A stretch of DNA of 64,000 bases, taken from Acinetobacter phage 133. The stretch lies in sequence record HM114315.1, one strand, 5' to 3'. Below the pieces are notes generated by a model that was not told the DNA's origin, ran no database searches, and was given only the letters and a program-made list of their open reading frames with translations. A program made the position numbers and the translations under genes. Positions 55,694-64,000 of the stretch are shown in pieces; within the stretch, counting starts at the first letter, position 1; every line of letters begins with the position of its first letter.

Positions 55694-58336
55694 ATGGCTT
55701 TAGATCCAAACATTGGAAGAATCAAATTTCTTCGATCAAAAACCGCTGGGCGTAAGCCGACAACAGCTGACCTAGATGAAGGCGAACTAGCTATTAACCT
55801 CGCTGATCGAACTTTATATACAAGTACAGGTACTGCTATTGTCGATTTAGGCTTTGCTAAAGGCGGCGAAGTTAATGGTGACATTACACAAACTGGTAAT
55901 ATTACCACATCCGGTACTATTAAAGCCACTAAGTTGGAAGGGCCTTTAACTGGTAATGCTGACTCTGCAACAAAATTGCAAAACACTAGAACTTTATCAT
56001 GGACAGGCGATGCTACAGGATCATTATCATTCAATGGTTCTGCAAACGTATCAGCTGCTTTGACATTAGCTAACTCAGGTGTAACTGCTGGTACTTATAA
56101 ATCAGTAACTGTTGATACAAAAGGACGAGTAACAGCAGGTAGTGATGTTATTACAGGTTTAGTTACATCAACTGCAGCTTCTGGAACAACTAATGCTGCA
56201 ACATCAAATACAAATACATATTTGAACATTGTTGAAACTATTGGATCTGCTGTAACTACCGTAGGAACATCAACACAAGTGACAGGTGCAGGAACTGTAA
56301 CAGTTACATCTGATACCGCCGGAAAATTAACAATTACAGGTTCTCAAAATATTACTGGGTCGGCAACTAGTATAACTGTTCAAGGGAACACTACTGCATT
56401 AGAGGGTACTCAACTACCACCGGATGGTTTTAGAGTTGTCCGTGCATATAGCAACGGATACCCTGCACCCTATGGTAACGTCCTTCAAGTTGGTGGAACT
56501 GGACAAAATGAAGTTTTACTCGGATGGTCTGGTGCTGATGGAGGTGTAGCAGATACATTTATTCGTAATAAAAGAGATACTGCTTCAGCTCCTTGGTCGA
56601 ATTGGAGAAAGGTCGTCTTTGAAGATGCGTTAAATTCACTTACTGTCGACAAAGCAAATTCTCTTGTAACTGCAAGAACTATTAATGGCGTAGCATTTAA
56701 TGGTACAGCTAATATTGTGATTGCGGATAGCACTAAATTACCATTAACTGGCGGTACATTAACTGGCGGTTTGACTGCACCCAATCTTACGGCTACTGGT
56801 AGTATAAAAACTATTACACTTAATGCTACTGGTGCGGGTGATTATTCCCCATCAGGTCAGGGTGCATACCTTTCATGGAATAGAAATGTTGGATCGGGTA
56901 AAACTGACTTTATTAATAATAGAGGTGGTGGCCCAGGCGGGTTTGATTGGTGGAATGGAACCGAAAGTAGTTACACCCAAGTAATGAGTCTAGACTCAAA
57001 TGGCGTGTTATCCGCTATAGGTGGTTTTAACGGTAATGCTGCCACCGCAACTAAACTCCAAACGGCTCGCACGATCAATGGCGTTTCGTTCGATGGTAGC
57101 GCCAACATTACCATTGCAGATAATACTAAATTACCATTAACTGGCGGTACAATTACAGGTAACTTGAATGCGAACGCTTTGGGTGTAAACAACACAGCGT
57201 CAATAGGCGGTTTAGGTCTTTCGCTTTACGGTGGTTCGAGTGCAGGAATGCCTGAGTACGGTCTTGCGTTCTCAGGTACAGCAACCTTTGGTACACATGG
57301 AGGTGTAGGTGGTGATTGGGCAACATACTTCACAATGGGCGGAGCGACAAACCGAGGATGGATATTCAAATCAGGAAACGGTGCAGGAGGTAACGTTGCA
57401 TCAATCTCTGCAGCAGGCGCAATAACAGCCACAAGTATTCTCAGCTCAGGCACTGTAACTGCTCCTACATTTAGTGGTGCTTTGTCAGGTAATGCTACTA
57501 CTGCGTCTAGCTTAGCTACCGCTCGTATGATCAATGGCGTATCATTTAATGGTACAGCAAATATCACTATTGCGGATAGCACTAAATTACCATTAACTGG
57601 CGGTACAATATCGGGTAATTTGCAGATCCATAATGGTTTAATTGTGCGCAATGATGTATTGGTAGAAGGAGGAATACAAGGTAAAACTGTTAGAAACCGC
57701 ACAGGTCTTGATGAAAAAATGTATTGGATTGGTGCTTGGAATAGACCAGACCAAACAAACGTTGTTGTGACTCCTGTTGATGCAAATACTTTATCGTTTA
57801 GAATAAATATTCAAAGTGGTTCAATGTATATTGTAAACGGTGTATCACAAATCCACATGTTGACTGGTTGGGGGGATGGAGTCAATGCCAAATTCATTAA
57901 TCCTGTTATTATGTCAACTACCGACGTAAATGCCGGAAAACAAGTTATTGATGTTATTGCTAATCAGCCAAATCACGGAATAACTGTTGCAACCAACTAT
58001 TTTTGGCATGCATTAACTTATGAATCTTATGGATGTAAAATTGATAAATGGGGCGGTCATATTGGCAATACTAGATTCTTAGTCCGTTTAAAATGTGATG
58101 AAAAATTTGTTATGAAAGCCCCTTTGGTTTCAGCTACATCTACAAGCAACAACTGGTTTAGTGGAACACAAAGTGGATTGGATTACCCATTACAACATTC
58201 ATCTTATGCTGTGATTGTACCTACTTCTATTGTCGAAGAGCAAGTTGTTATATGGAACGTTATTGAGAATAACACAGACGCTCTAGCAAATAACTGTCCA
58301 TATGTATCTATCGTGGTTAAAGATAGAATCGCCTAA
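55694..58336 (+). CDS. 37: Long tail fiber distal subunit gp37 with a divergent C-terminal receptor-binding region; no gene 38 follows
   Basis: N-terminus aligns with T4 gp37 (RSK.AG..P....L.EGELAINL.DRT..T......DLGFAKGG.V.G). Three about 35 aa fiber repeats. C-terminal ~200 aa unrelated to T4. Confidence 0.85.
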   Translation: MALDPNIGRIKFLRSKTAGRKPTTADLDEGELAINLADRTLYTSTGTAIVDLGFAKGGEVNGDITQTGNITTSGTIKATKLEGPLTGNADSATKLQNTRTLSWTGDATGSLSFNGSANVSAALTLANSGVTAGTYKSVTVDTKGRVTAGSDVITGLVTSTAASGTTNAATSNTNTYLNIVETIGSAVTTVGTSTQVTGAGTVTVTSDTAGKLTITGSQNITGSATSITVQGNTTALEGTQLPPDGFRVVRAYSNGYPAPYGNVLQVGGTGQNEVLLGWSGADGGVADTFIRNKRDTASAPWSNWRKVVFEDALNSLTVDKANSLVTARTINGVAFNGTANIVIADSTKLPLTGGTLTGGLTAPNLTATGSIKTITLNATGAGDYSPSGQGAYLSWNRNVGSGKTDFINNRGGGPGGFDWWNGTESSYTQVMSLDSNGVLSAIGGFNGNAATATKLQTARTINGVSFDGSANITIADNTKLPLTGGTITGNLNANALGVNNTASIGGLGLSLYGGSSAGMPEYGLAFSGTATFGTHGGVGGDWATYFTMGGATNRGWIFKSGNGAGGNVASISAAGAITATSILSSGTVTAPTFSGALSGNATTASSLATARMINGVSFNGTANITIADSTKLPLTGGTISGNLQIHNGLIVRNDVLVEGGIQGKTVRNRTGLDEKMYWIGAWNRPDQTNVVVTPVDANTLSFRINIQSGSMYIVNGVSQIHMLTGWGDGVNAKFINPVIMSTTDVNAGKQVIDVIANQPNHGITVATNYFWHALTYESYGCKIDKWGGHIGNTRFLVRLKCDEKFVMKAPLVSATSTSNNWFSGTQSGLDYPLQHSSYAVIVPTSIVEEQVVIWNVIENNTDALANNCPYVSIVVKDRIA

Positions 58337-58340
58337 AATA

Positions 58341-58374
58341 AAACCCGATCAAATCACTTTGATCGGGTTTTTTC
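58341..58374 (+). terminator. Terminator after gene 37
   Basis: 13 bp stem AAACCCGATCAAA...TTTGATCGGGTTT followed by TTTTTC. Confidence 0.7.
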
Positions 58375-58381
58375 ATAAATA
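58374..58381 (+). promoter_or_regulatory. Late-promoter-like CATAAATA for holin gene t
   Basis: CATAAATA 6 nt upstream of the ATG. Confidence 0.45.
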
Positions 58382-58386
58382 GACAT

Positions 58387-59064
58387 ATGGAAAAAGAAAA
58401 TAAACCCCAACAAAACCAGACCTCTGGTTTGCCGATCACTGATGTTATCTTTGGATTACTCGATCGGTTGTTCAAGGATAATGCGACAGGTAAAGTATTG
58501 GCCTCACGCGTTGCAACGGTTGTTGTGCTGTTCATATTGGCCTTTGTATGGGTTAAAGGTGAACAGTTGATGACGGTGTATAAAGAATCACGGTATGAAA
58601 CATATTCGGAAATTGTACAGAAAAACAAAGATCAGAAATTTGAGTCTAGCTCATTGGAACAACTGCAGATTGCACACGTTTCAAGTGGTTCAAATTTCTC
58701 AGCGGTATATTCATTCAGACCAAGGAATTTAAACTATTTCGTGGATCTGGTTGCATATGAAGGAAAGCTGCCTAGTACAGTAGACGAAAGGAACTTAGGA
58801 GGATATCCGGTAGATAAAACTAGTTTAGAATATCAAACTCACTTATCCGGTAAAGAATTTGAAACGAGTGATGAATTCGTATTTTTACCTTCTAGACAAA
58901 AAACAGTTGAAATTAAATACATGTATTCATGTCCAGTATTTAATTTGGATAACGTGTACTCTGGGACAGTAGCGTTATATTGGTATGATGAAGTAAAGAT
59001 AGAAAAAAAGCGGCTTGCCGCAATATGTGGACAAGCCGCTCGTACTTTAGGGAGGTCTAGATAG
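58387..59064 (+). CDS. t: Holin T
   Basis: Aligns with T4 holin T (GLLDRLFKDNATGKVLASRVA, YETYSEI..K......FES..LEQLQI.H.SS...FSAVYSFRP.NLNYFVD..AYEGKLPST, YMYSCP.FNLDN.Y.GT...YWY, ICGQAAR.LGR). Confidence 0.9.
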   Translation: MEKENKPQQNQTSGLPITDVIFGLLDRLFKDNATGKVLASRVATVVVLFILAFVWVKGEQLMTVYKESRYETYSEIVQKNKDQKFESSSLEQLQIAHVSSGSNFSAVYSFRPRNLNYFVDLVAYEGKLPSTVDERNLGGYPVDKTSLEYQTHLSGKEFETSDEFVFLPSRQKTVEIKYMYSCPVFNLDNVYSGTVALYWYDEVKIEKKRLAAICGQAARTLGRSR

Positions 59065-59335
59065 TTTTTGAAGTATTCAAGCACATTTCAAGACGGCGAT
59101 ATAATGGCTCGTGACCAATGTTAAACTCATCAATGAGCTGGCGTTGTTCACGAGTCGTAATGTTTTCCGACATAGTTGTCAAAGTATGCACTGTAATTGG
59201 TGCACCCGTATGAGACTTAATTTTAAGTTCATTTAAAAACGCCACAAACAGGACTTTATTTTCAAGAATTTCATCATACCCAAATTTGATTAGGATTGAC
59301 GCAACCGCAATAACTTCAGCTAGAACTTCGTACAT
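59057..59335 (-). CDS. asiA: Anti-sigma70 factor AsiA
   Basis: Aligns with T4 AsiA (VASILIKF, ENK..F.AFLNE, LIDEFN.G.E..YR.LEM). Confidence 0.8.
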   Translation of the reverse strand: MYEVLAEVIAVASILIKFGYDEILENKVLFVAFLNELKIKSHTGAPITVHTLTTMSENITTREQRQLIDEFNIGHEPLYRRLEMCLNTSKTI

Positions 59336-59364
59336 ATTAAACCTCATTAACCACATTTACAATT

Positions 59365-59928
59365 TTAAAAATAATTTTCATTCGTACATTTGATGTCATA
59401 ATACGCATTATTTGATGCCCCTCGTTTGAAGGTCATACCTGCTTTAATTAAAGCGCGGTGCATATTTTCTGGGACTTGGTATGCAAAGATACGGAAATCT
59501 CCTTTATGCATACACTCAAATTGACGAACACCCTTAGTACGTTTTTTAAGACGCACTAAGTAATTGCTTCGATCGATTATAACATCTTTTACTTCAAAAA
59601 ACTTACTCACACGTTCAAGTGTATAATCTTTGAACTCTTCCTGAGCGGAATTCACACCAACAGCTTTTCTTGTGCCACCCGTATTAGAAACTAAGTTATT
59701 CTCAGCGATGAATAAAGTTAAAGCTTCTTCCATCAGATCATCAGCTTTGTCCGTAAAAATCAGTTTATCACTGCTGAATTCCATAATTTCTTCGATAATT
59801 AAATCATCTGGGCAATTCACTTCATCTCGAGCAAAGAACGTTTTATTGAGATTAACTAAACGTAATATTTCTTTTGATAGAACTTCATTTAAACCGGTTA
59901 CACGGGCAACACAAGAAACATTATTCAT
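59365..59928 (-). CDS. motA: Middle transcription activator MotA
   Basis: C-terminal DNA-binding domain aligns with T4 MotA (I.RSNYL..L.KRT.G.R.FE....G..RIF.Y, DIK). 187 aa. Confidence 0.75.
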   Translation of the reverse strand: MNNVSCVARVTGLNEVLSKEILRLVNLNKTFFARDEVNCPDDLIIEEIMEFSSDKLIFTDKADDLMEEALTLFIAENNLVSNTGGTRKAVGVNSAQEEFKDYTLERVSKFFEVKDVIIDRSNYLVRLKKRTKGVRQFECMHKGDFRIFAYQVPENMHRALIKAGMTFKRGASNNAYYDIKCTNENYF

Positions 59929-61253
59929 CCTAAATCCTTCATATACTCTGTTACTGCATCAGTTGATGTCCAGTATTCTAACTCACTTTTTGCCTCTTGT
60001 GCACGTTCAAGAAGTTTAACTGCTTCATCTTCAGCCATATGATACACATTTAAACTTAACAGAGCATCAACATTAGACGCAAATGGTTCACCTAACGCAA
60101 CAATTTCATCTTTTAGCTCTTGTCGTTTCTTCCCTTTGATTACAATTGTTCCGTCCAATACTTTACGAATGAAGAACGCCTTGGCGATGGCCAATTGCAA
60201 ATTGCGTCGGGCTTCCTCAGTCTTTTTGTCAATCCGAGCCTGCACAAACTGCTTACGCACTTCAACGAAGTGATGAATAAGTGACGACGCGTTCGGAAAT
60301 CCGCGTAGAGCACCAACCTCATCAATTGTGTAAATGAATTGTGTAATGTCTTGCTTCAGTTTGAACTTATCGACAATGTAAGCGTGTCGCTTTGCTTCGT
60401 CTTCTGGAAGATTAAATGCTTTGGCCAGTTTGACTTTAAACCCAAATCCGTGCTTGCCACAGTTATCATCATATGAAACAATTAAGCCATCTGATTCCAA
60501 TATATCCAGGCAATTTTCTACGTAGTCGGCTCGGTCATATTTGTATGGAATTTCAGTGATTTCAATTTGAGTTTTCCCAATCAGCTTATATGAGCCGAAT
60601 AATGAATACTTATTTTCATCATTACATACTACGGTACCTTTAAATTGCGGGAACTGCACTTGTGGTTCTTTGTCAAGTTTGCCTTGGAGTGCCAATTTTG
60701 TGCATTCAATGATACTTGCTTCGGAGTGAGGCAAAATATTAGTTGCGAATCCGGTGCCGATACCTTGCACACCATTGATTAATACCATTGGAATAATTGG
60801 CAAATAATACGCCGGTGGGATATGGTCATCATCTTTATGCGCAGGAGCAACTTCAGTGTCTTTGAAATACTTACGAAAGTTATCATGTACGCGGCATTCG
60901 ATATAACGAGATGCTGCTGCTTTTTGCACTAGACGAGAACCAAAGTTACCTTTCCCATCCAGGATTGGGCAGTTGTTATTCCATGTATTGGCCATTAATG
61001 CCCCAGCATCTTGTGCTGATACTTCGCCATGGTGATACCCCAATGATGCAGCAGCTCCAGCAACACCCGCTAATTTATGATAATCGTCGGGTTTGGATTT
61101 ACATAATTGAATAGCCCGATGCAGGACAAATCGTTGTACGGGTTTTAACCCATCCATAAGGTTTGGAATGGCACGATTTTCAACGGTATACAATGCAAAA
61201 TCACGAGCTTCCCCATTAATAATGTCCGTCAATAGACGTTGATTATTTTCCAA
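59925..61253 (-). CDS. 52: DNA topoisomerase II medium subunit gp52
   Basis: GyrA-type N-terminus (ENRAIPNLMDGLKPVQRFVLHRA). 442 aa, the same as T4 gp52. Confidence 0.9.
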   Translation of the reverse strand: MENNQRLLTDIINGEARDFALYTVENRAIPNLMDGLKPVQRFVLHRAIQLCKSKPDDYHKLAGVAGAAASLGYHHGEVSAQDAGALMANTWNNNCPILDGKGNFGSRLVQKAAASRYIECRVHDNFRKYFKDTEVAPAHKDDDHIPPAYYLPIIPMVLINGVQGIGTGFATNILPHSEASIIECTKLALQGKLDKEPQVQFPQFKGTVVCNDENKYSLFGSYKLIGKTQIEITEIPYKYDRADYVENCLDILESDGLIVSYDDNCGKHGFGFKVKLAKAFNLPEDEAKRHAYIVDKFKLKQDITQFIYTIDEVGALRGFPNASSLIHHFVEVRKQFVQARIDKKTEEARRNLQLAIAKAFFIRKVLDGTIVIKGKKRQELKDEIVALGEPFASNVDALLSLNVYHMAEDEAVKLLERAQEAKSELEYWTSTDAVTEYMKDLG

Positions 61254-61422
61254 TTTTTTTATCCTCTTTAGTTAAGCACAAAATAAAAAATACACATACA
61301 CTTGAAACAAGCATGGATAGTACGTATGCCGAATCCCCAAACTCTGTGCGTATGATTGGCATCAAACTGATAACTATTGCGTAACTGGCCAATAGTAACA
61401 TCATAATCACTTTATTTTTCAT
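61243..61422 (-). CDS. Small membrane protein (gene 52.1 position)
   Basis: ATG with GGAGGG RBS; the track's upstream start is TTG. Two hydrophobic helices. Confidence 0.4.
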   Translation of the reverse strand: MKNKVIMMLLLASYAIVISLMPIIRTEFGDSAYVLSMLVSSVCVFFILCLTKEDKKIGK

Positions 61423-61576
61423 TCCACCCTCCAAGAGCAACCCAAATAAGAGTAATTAAAATTACAGACCAGTCCAAATATAAACTAAACTGGTCGGCTG
61501 GGCCTTGATAAAGATCAAAAATTGACACAATAAAGGCCATGGCAATGATGGTCTTTTTAATATTTGGATTGATCAT
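61412..61576 (-). CDS. Small (54 aa) membrane protein (ac-like position); not in the ORF track
   Basis: ATG with GAGGT RBS. Translation MINPNIKKTIIAMAFIVSIFDLYQGPADQFSLYLDWSVILITLIWVALGGWNEK. Confidence 0.3.
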   Translation of the reverse strand: MINPNIKKTIIAMAFIVSIFDLYQGPADQFSLYLDWSVILITLIWVALGGWNEK

Positions 61577-61582
61577 ACGACC

Positions 61583-62038
61583 TCAATAATTTTGCGAGTA
61601 AAATTTAAAATGATCGTTCAACATACGATTCATTTCTTCAAGGTTTTGGTATTGTGTCACGTGTGCACGTGAAAGTAAAGTACCAAGCTTACCTTTACCA
61701 AATGCGGTTGTCAACGTTTTCATTTTATCCACAGGGATAAAGAAGATGTCGTACACCGTTGCACTGTCCATGATACGATTGCCAACATTCGAACGACGAG
61801 TACGGATTTGTGATGCAATGTTGCGAAGACCTGTTTTAGAACGTTGTCGACCAATATAGAATCGCGCAACTACAATCCCTTTACCCCGGTGACTAAAGAA
61901 ATAGAAACCAGGTGCTGCTAATTCATCAGGGGTCAACTCGCTAACCAATTGGCCTACTTCATTTAATGCATCAAATTGCCCGACATTGATGGCCTTGGCT
62001 TTTACCAAAGCGCTAGTGTACATGTTATTTCGCTTCAT
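61583..62038 (-). CDS. ndd: Nucleoid disruption protein Ndd
   Basis: 151 aa, the same as T4 Ndd. Aligns (PGFYF, ARFY.G.QRSK.G...I.S.IR.RRS, KMK.LTT.FGKG.L, QYQ.LEEMNRML.D.FKF). Confidence 0.85.
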   Translation of the reverse strand: MKRNNMYTSALVKAKAINVGQFDALNEVGQLVSELTPDELAAPGFYFFSHRGKGIVVARFYIGRQRSKTGLRNIASQIRTRRSNVGNRIMDSATVYDIFFIPVDKMKTLTTAFGKGKLGTLLSRAHVTQYQNLEEMNRMLNDHFKFYSQNY

Positions 62039-62040
62039 AT

Positions 62041-62664
62041 TCAGTCCTTATAAAAGGTTAATGTTTCATTTTCAATGGCAGCATCTGACATTCGGTTATT
62101 AATATAATAACCCTGAAAGTTTGATTTCTTAATCAGATCTGTGTTTGTAAGAGCTATTTTATCGCAAAGCAAAACAGGTGTAAACGTATAAACATCATTA
62201 TTTTCAGATACATCAAAAATAATTAATAAATCCGCAACACCATATTCAAGCATTGGCCCGATATTAATTCCGGACGCAGCTGGGTACGGTGGTTTATTAC
62301 GGGTATTCACTTGAATCCATTTAGAGCCACTTTGATGCGTTTTAACCTCAATGCGAATGCCACTATATTTTATATGCGATAATACATCATAAGCCCATGT
62401 ATATGGATCATCATAGACCGCATTAAGTGTCCCGAAGTGGCCCTCTACATGCTCTGCAACTTTTTGCTCTGCCATTTGCGCGATCATACATCGTTTTAAT
62501 ACGTCTGTTAAGTTCTGATCTGGGTCACGGGTCATTGTATAACGAACAGTGTCCTTAATCTTTTCTATACTTTCGGTAGTTAGATCAGCCTTTCGCATAT
62601 TAAATTTTTCAAATTCGGCCAATCTCAGGAACCCTGGATTGGTTTGTAACATGGTAACTCCCAA
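62041..62664 (-). CDS. Hypothetical protein (denB region by position)
   Basis: 207 aa ORF between ndd and rIIB. No confident motif. Confidence 0.35.
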   Translation of the reverse strand: MGVTMLQTNPGFLRLAEFEKFNMRKADLTTESIEKIKDTVRYTMTRDPDQNLTDVLKRCMIAQMAEQKVAEHVEGHFGTLNAVYDDPYTWAYDVLSHIKYSGIRIEVKTHQSGSKWIQVNTRNKPPYPAASGINIGPMLEYGVADLLIIFDVSENNDVYTFTPVLLCDKIALTNTDLIKKSNFQGYYINNRMSDAAIENETLTFYKD

Positions 62665-62687
62665 ACGAGAAAGGGGCTTGCGCCCCT
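62660..62687 (-). terminator. Terminator after rIIB
   Basis: AGGGGCTTGCGCCCCT with a U-rich tail on the minus strand. Confidence 0.5.
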
Positions 62688-62690
62688 TTA

Positions 62691-63989
62691 TTAGAATAAG
62701 TGTGTAACGTCAGCGTGTACAACGTATTTGCATGTACGCATTTTAGCATTATTGTAATCAACCGGCACTGATACAACGTCAGCTGGATTGACATGTACGG
62801 ACACCACACGATTGCCAGAACTTCGACCAAATGATGGCAAGTATGATTTAGAGCAAACATGTAGGCCTGATGAGCATGTTACTTCATCATCTTCATCAAC
62901 CTGATTACGCATCATCATAACCGTTTGACCTGGCGAGTTGTCAAATGTCCCCGAGTGGATGTCTTTATAATTGTTACGCACTTTTTTCCACGCTACGAAA
63001 TTGCCATCTGCTAAGATTTCAATATCGTTTGCTTCAAGGAAGTCAAAAATACGCTTGACTACGGTACGGGATGGATTGGCCATTAACTTTTCAAGGAACG
63101 GAATAAAGAATTCAAAATCTTCACCTTTTTCCATGTGAGTTAAAATGCGAGTAACTACACTTGATTTAATTTCAATATCACAATAGTATAGTTTTCCGCC
63201 ATCGATCTTAATATGACCCGATTTACTGGTGTACTTTGTGATTGCATGTTTAACTGAAATCATATCCAATGCTTTATGCACGTTACCGGCAGCAAGTTCA
63301 TGTAGAGCTGATTTAAACATTGGATGTTCATTATTTGCACTATATGACTCGCGACCAACCGTAATAGAAATGAATTTGGAAGTCGCCGACCATACTGGTT
63401 CGGGACCAGGTGCTGCTGGCTCAGGGTCATCCAAACCTTCGTTCACAAATTGCTCTGCACTTTCAACGTTGCTAATAAAACTTACTACTGCATTATATAC
63501 ACCATATCCAGGAGCAATTTCCTCCAGAGTTGTAACGGCATGTAATGTCGGGTCATATAGCATTGGATCGGCACGCCCTGCCACCCATTCATTTTCATTT
63601 TGAATTACAAAACCTACTTTTAATTCGCCGCTCGCCACAAGGTCATTTTCTTCAACAGTATAATCAAACACCAGAAATTTCGGATCTGGAATTGAATCCG
63701 TCATTAAGAAAACATCATTGCATACAATAATACCATCTTCAATTTTGCCAGTAGTCACAATACGTTGTGCCATCAAAGACCCGTCAACCCGGATTGTTCG
63801 GTCTGGCATTGTGTAAACATCACCGTCTTTGGTAAAAATGTTCAACATTCCGCCGGCTTCACGTAGTAAACGTGAAATTGTGTCCGGTGACACTTTAAGA
63901 TCTTTCGCAATTGTAGATAAACTGTGTCCAGCAATACGTTGTGCAACTACAGTTGAATGTTCATCACGGTCTAAACAATGAATAGCCAT
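62691..63989 (-). CDS. rIIB: rIIB membrane-associated protein; carries a ~130 aa insertion relative to T4
   Basis: N-terminal HTH-like region and the C-terminal two-thirds align with T4 rIIB (SKKFISITV, MEKGE.FEF.IPFLE.L..NPS...V.R.FDFL.ANDIEI..DG.F.AWK.VR.NY.D.HS.TFDN.PG, C..GLHVCSKSY, DYN.AKMRTC.Y). Confidence 0.8.
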   Translation of the reverse strand: MAIHCLDRDEHSTVVAQRIAGHSLSTIAKDLKVSPDTISRLLREAGGMLNIFTKDGDVYTMPDRTIRVDGSLMAQRIVTTGKIEDGIIVCNDVFLMTDSIPDPKFLVFDYTVEENDLVASGELKVGFVIQNENEWVAGRADPMLYDPTLHAVTTLEEIAPGYGVYNAVVSFISNVESAEQFVNEGLDDPEPAAPGPEPVWSATSKFISITVGRESYSANNEHPMFKSALHELAAGNVHKALDMISVKHAITKYTSKSGHIKIDGGKLYYCDIEIKSSVVTRILTHMEKGEDFEFFIPFLEKLMANPSRTVVKRIFDFLEANDIEILADGNFVAWKKVRNNYKDIHSGTFDNSPGQTVMMMRNQVDEDDEVTCSSGLHVCSKSYLPSFGRSSGNRVVSVHVNPADVVSVPVDYNNAKMRTCKYVVHADVTHLF

Positions 63990-64000
63990 ACGGCCTCCTA

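Noticed and set aside
56485-57702. Three minus-strand ORFs sharing IVPPVNGNLVLSA, looking like a repeated gene family
   Set aside because: They are antisense translations of the three near-identical DNA repeats inside gp37 (TKLPLTGGT repeats). They are artefacts of the sense-strand repeats.
1-64000. CRISPR arrays, tRNA or rRNA genes
   Set aside because: No regularly spaced direct repeats, and no cloverleaf-like segments or long non-coding stretches, were seen. Intergenic regions are short and are accounted for by promoters and terminators.

Overview
This window is a 64 kb segment of a T4-like (T-even type, Straboviridae/Tevenvirinae-like) myophage genome with low GC content. The assignments below rest on reading the ORF translations against remembered T4 protein sequences and motifs; no database search was run.

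Gene content, left to right:
- Late structural module on the + strand: tail sheath gp18 (C-terminal part), tail tube gp19, portal gp20, prohead core gp67/gp68, prohead protease gp21, scaffold gp22, major capsid protein gp23, and vertex protein gp24.
- A recombination and baseplate block: uvsW, uvsY, gp25, gp26, gp51, gp27, gp28, gp29, gp48, gp54, and alt.
- A long minus-strand early and middle region: DNA ligase gp30, gp31, cd, pseT, a spanin pair, rnlA, an NrdH-like redoxin, nrdB, nrdA, frd, td, gp32, gp59, gp33, dsbA and rnh.
- The long tail fibre operon gp34 to gp37 and holin t on the + strand.
- asiA, motA, gp52, ndd and rIIB on the minus strand.

Regulatory signals visible in the sequence:
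- T4-type late promoters (TATAAATA).
- A family of GC-rich intrinsic terminators, several with UUCG tetraloops.
- MotA-box middle promoters.
- Extensive ATGA/TAATG translational coupling.

Notable departures from T4:
- gp27 carries a C-terminal CHAP/NlpC-P60-like peptidase domain.
- rnlA is split into two separately translated halves by a free-standing HNH endonuclease gene.
- An I-TevI-like GIY-YIG endonuclease sits free-standing beside an intron-less td.
- A Vsr/DUF559-like endonuclease occupies the 23/24 intergenic slot.
- Three tandem small genes share an N-terminus resembling the T4 internal-protein capsid-targeting sequence (MKTF..I.EE versus MKTYQEFIAE), adjacent to a NADAR-like protein and a HAD phosphatase.
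- Alt keeps its LxE propeptide site.
- There is no gene 38, hoc, rnlB or inh, and td and nrdB have no introns.

No tRNA, rRNA or CRISPR array was seen.
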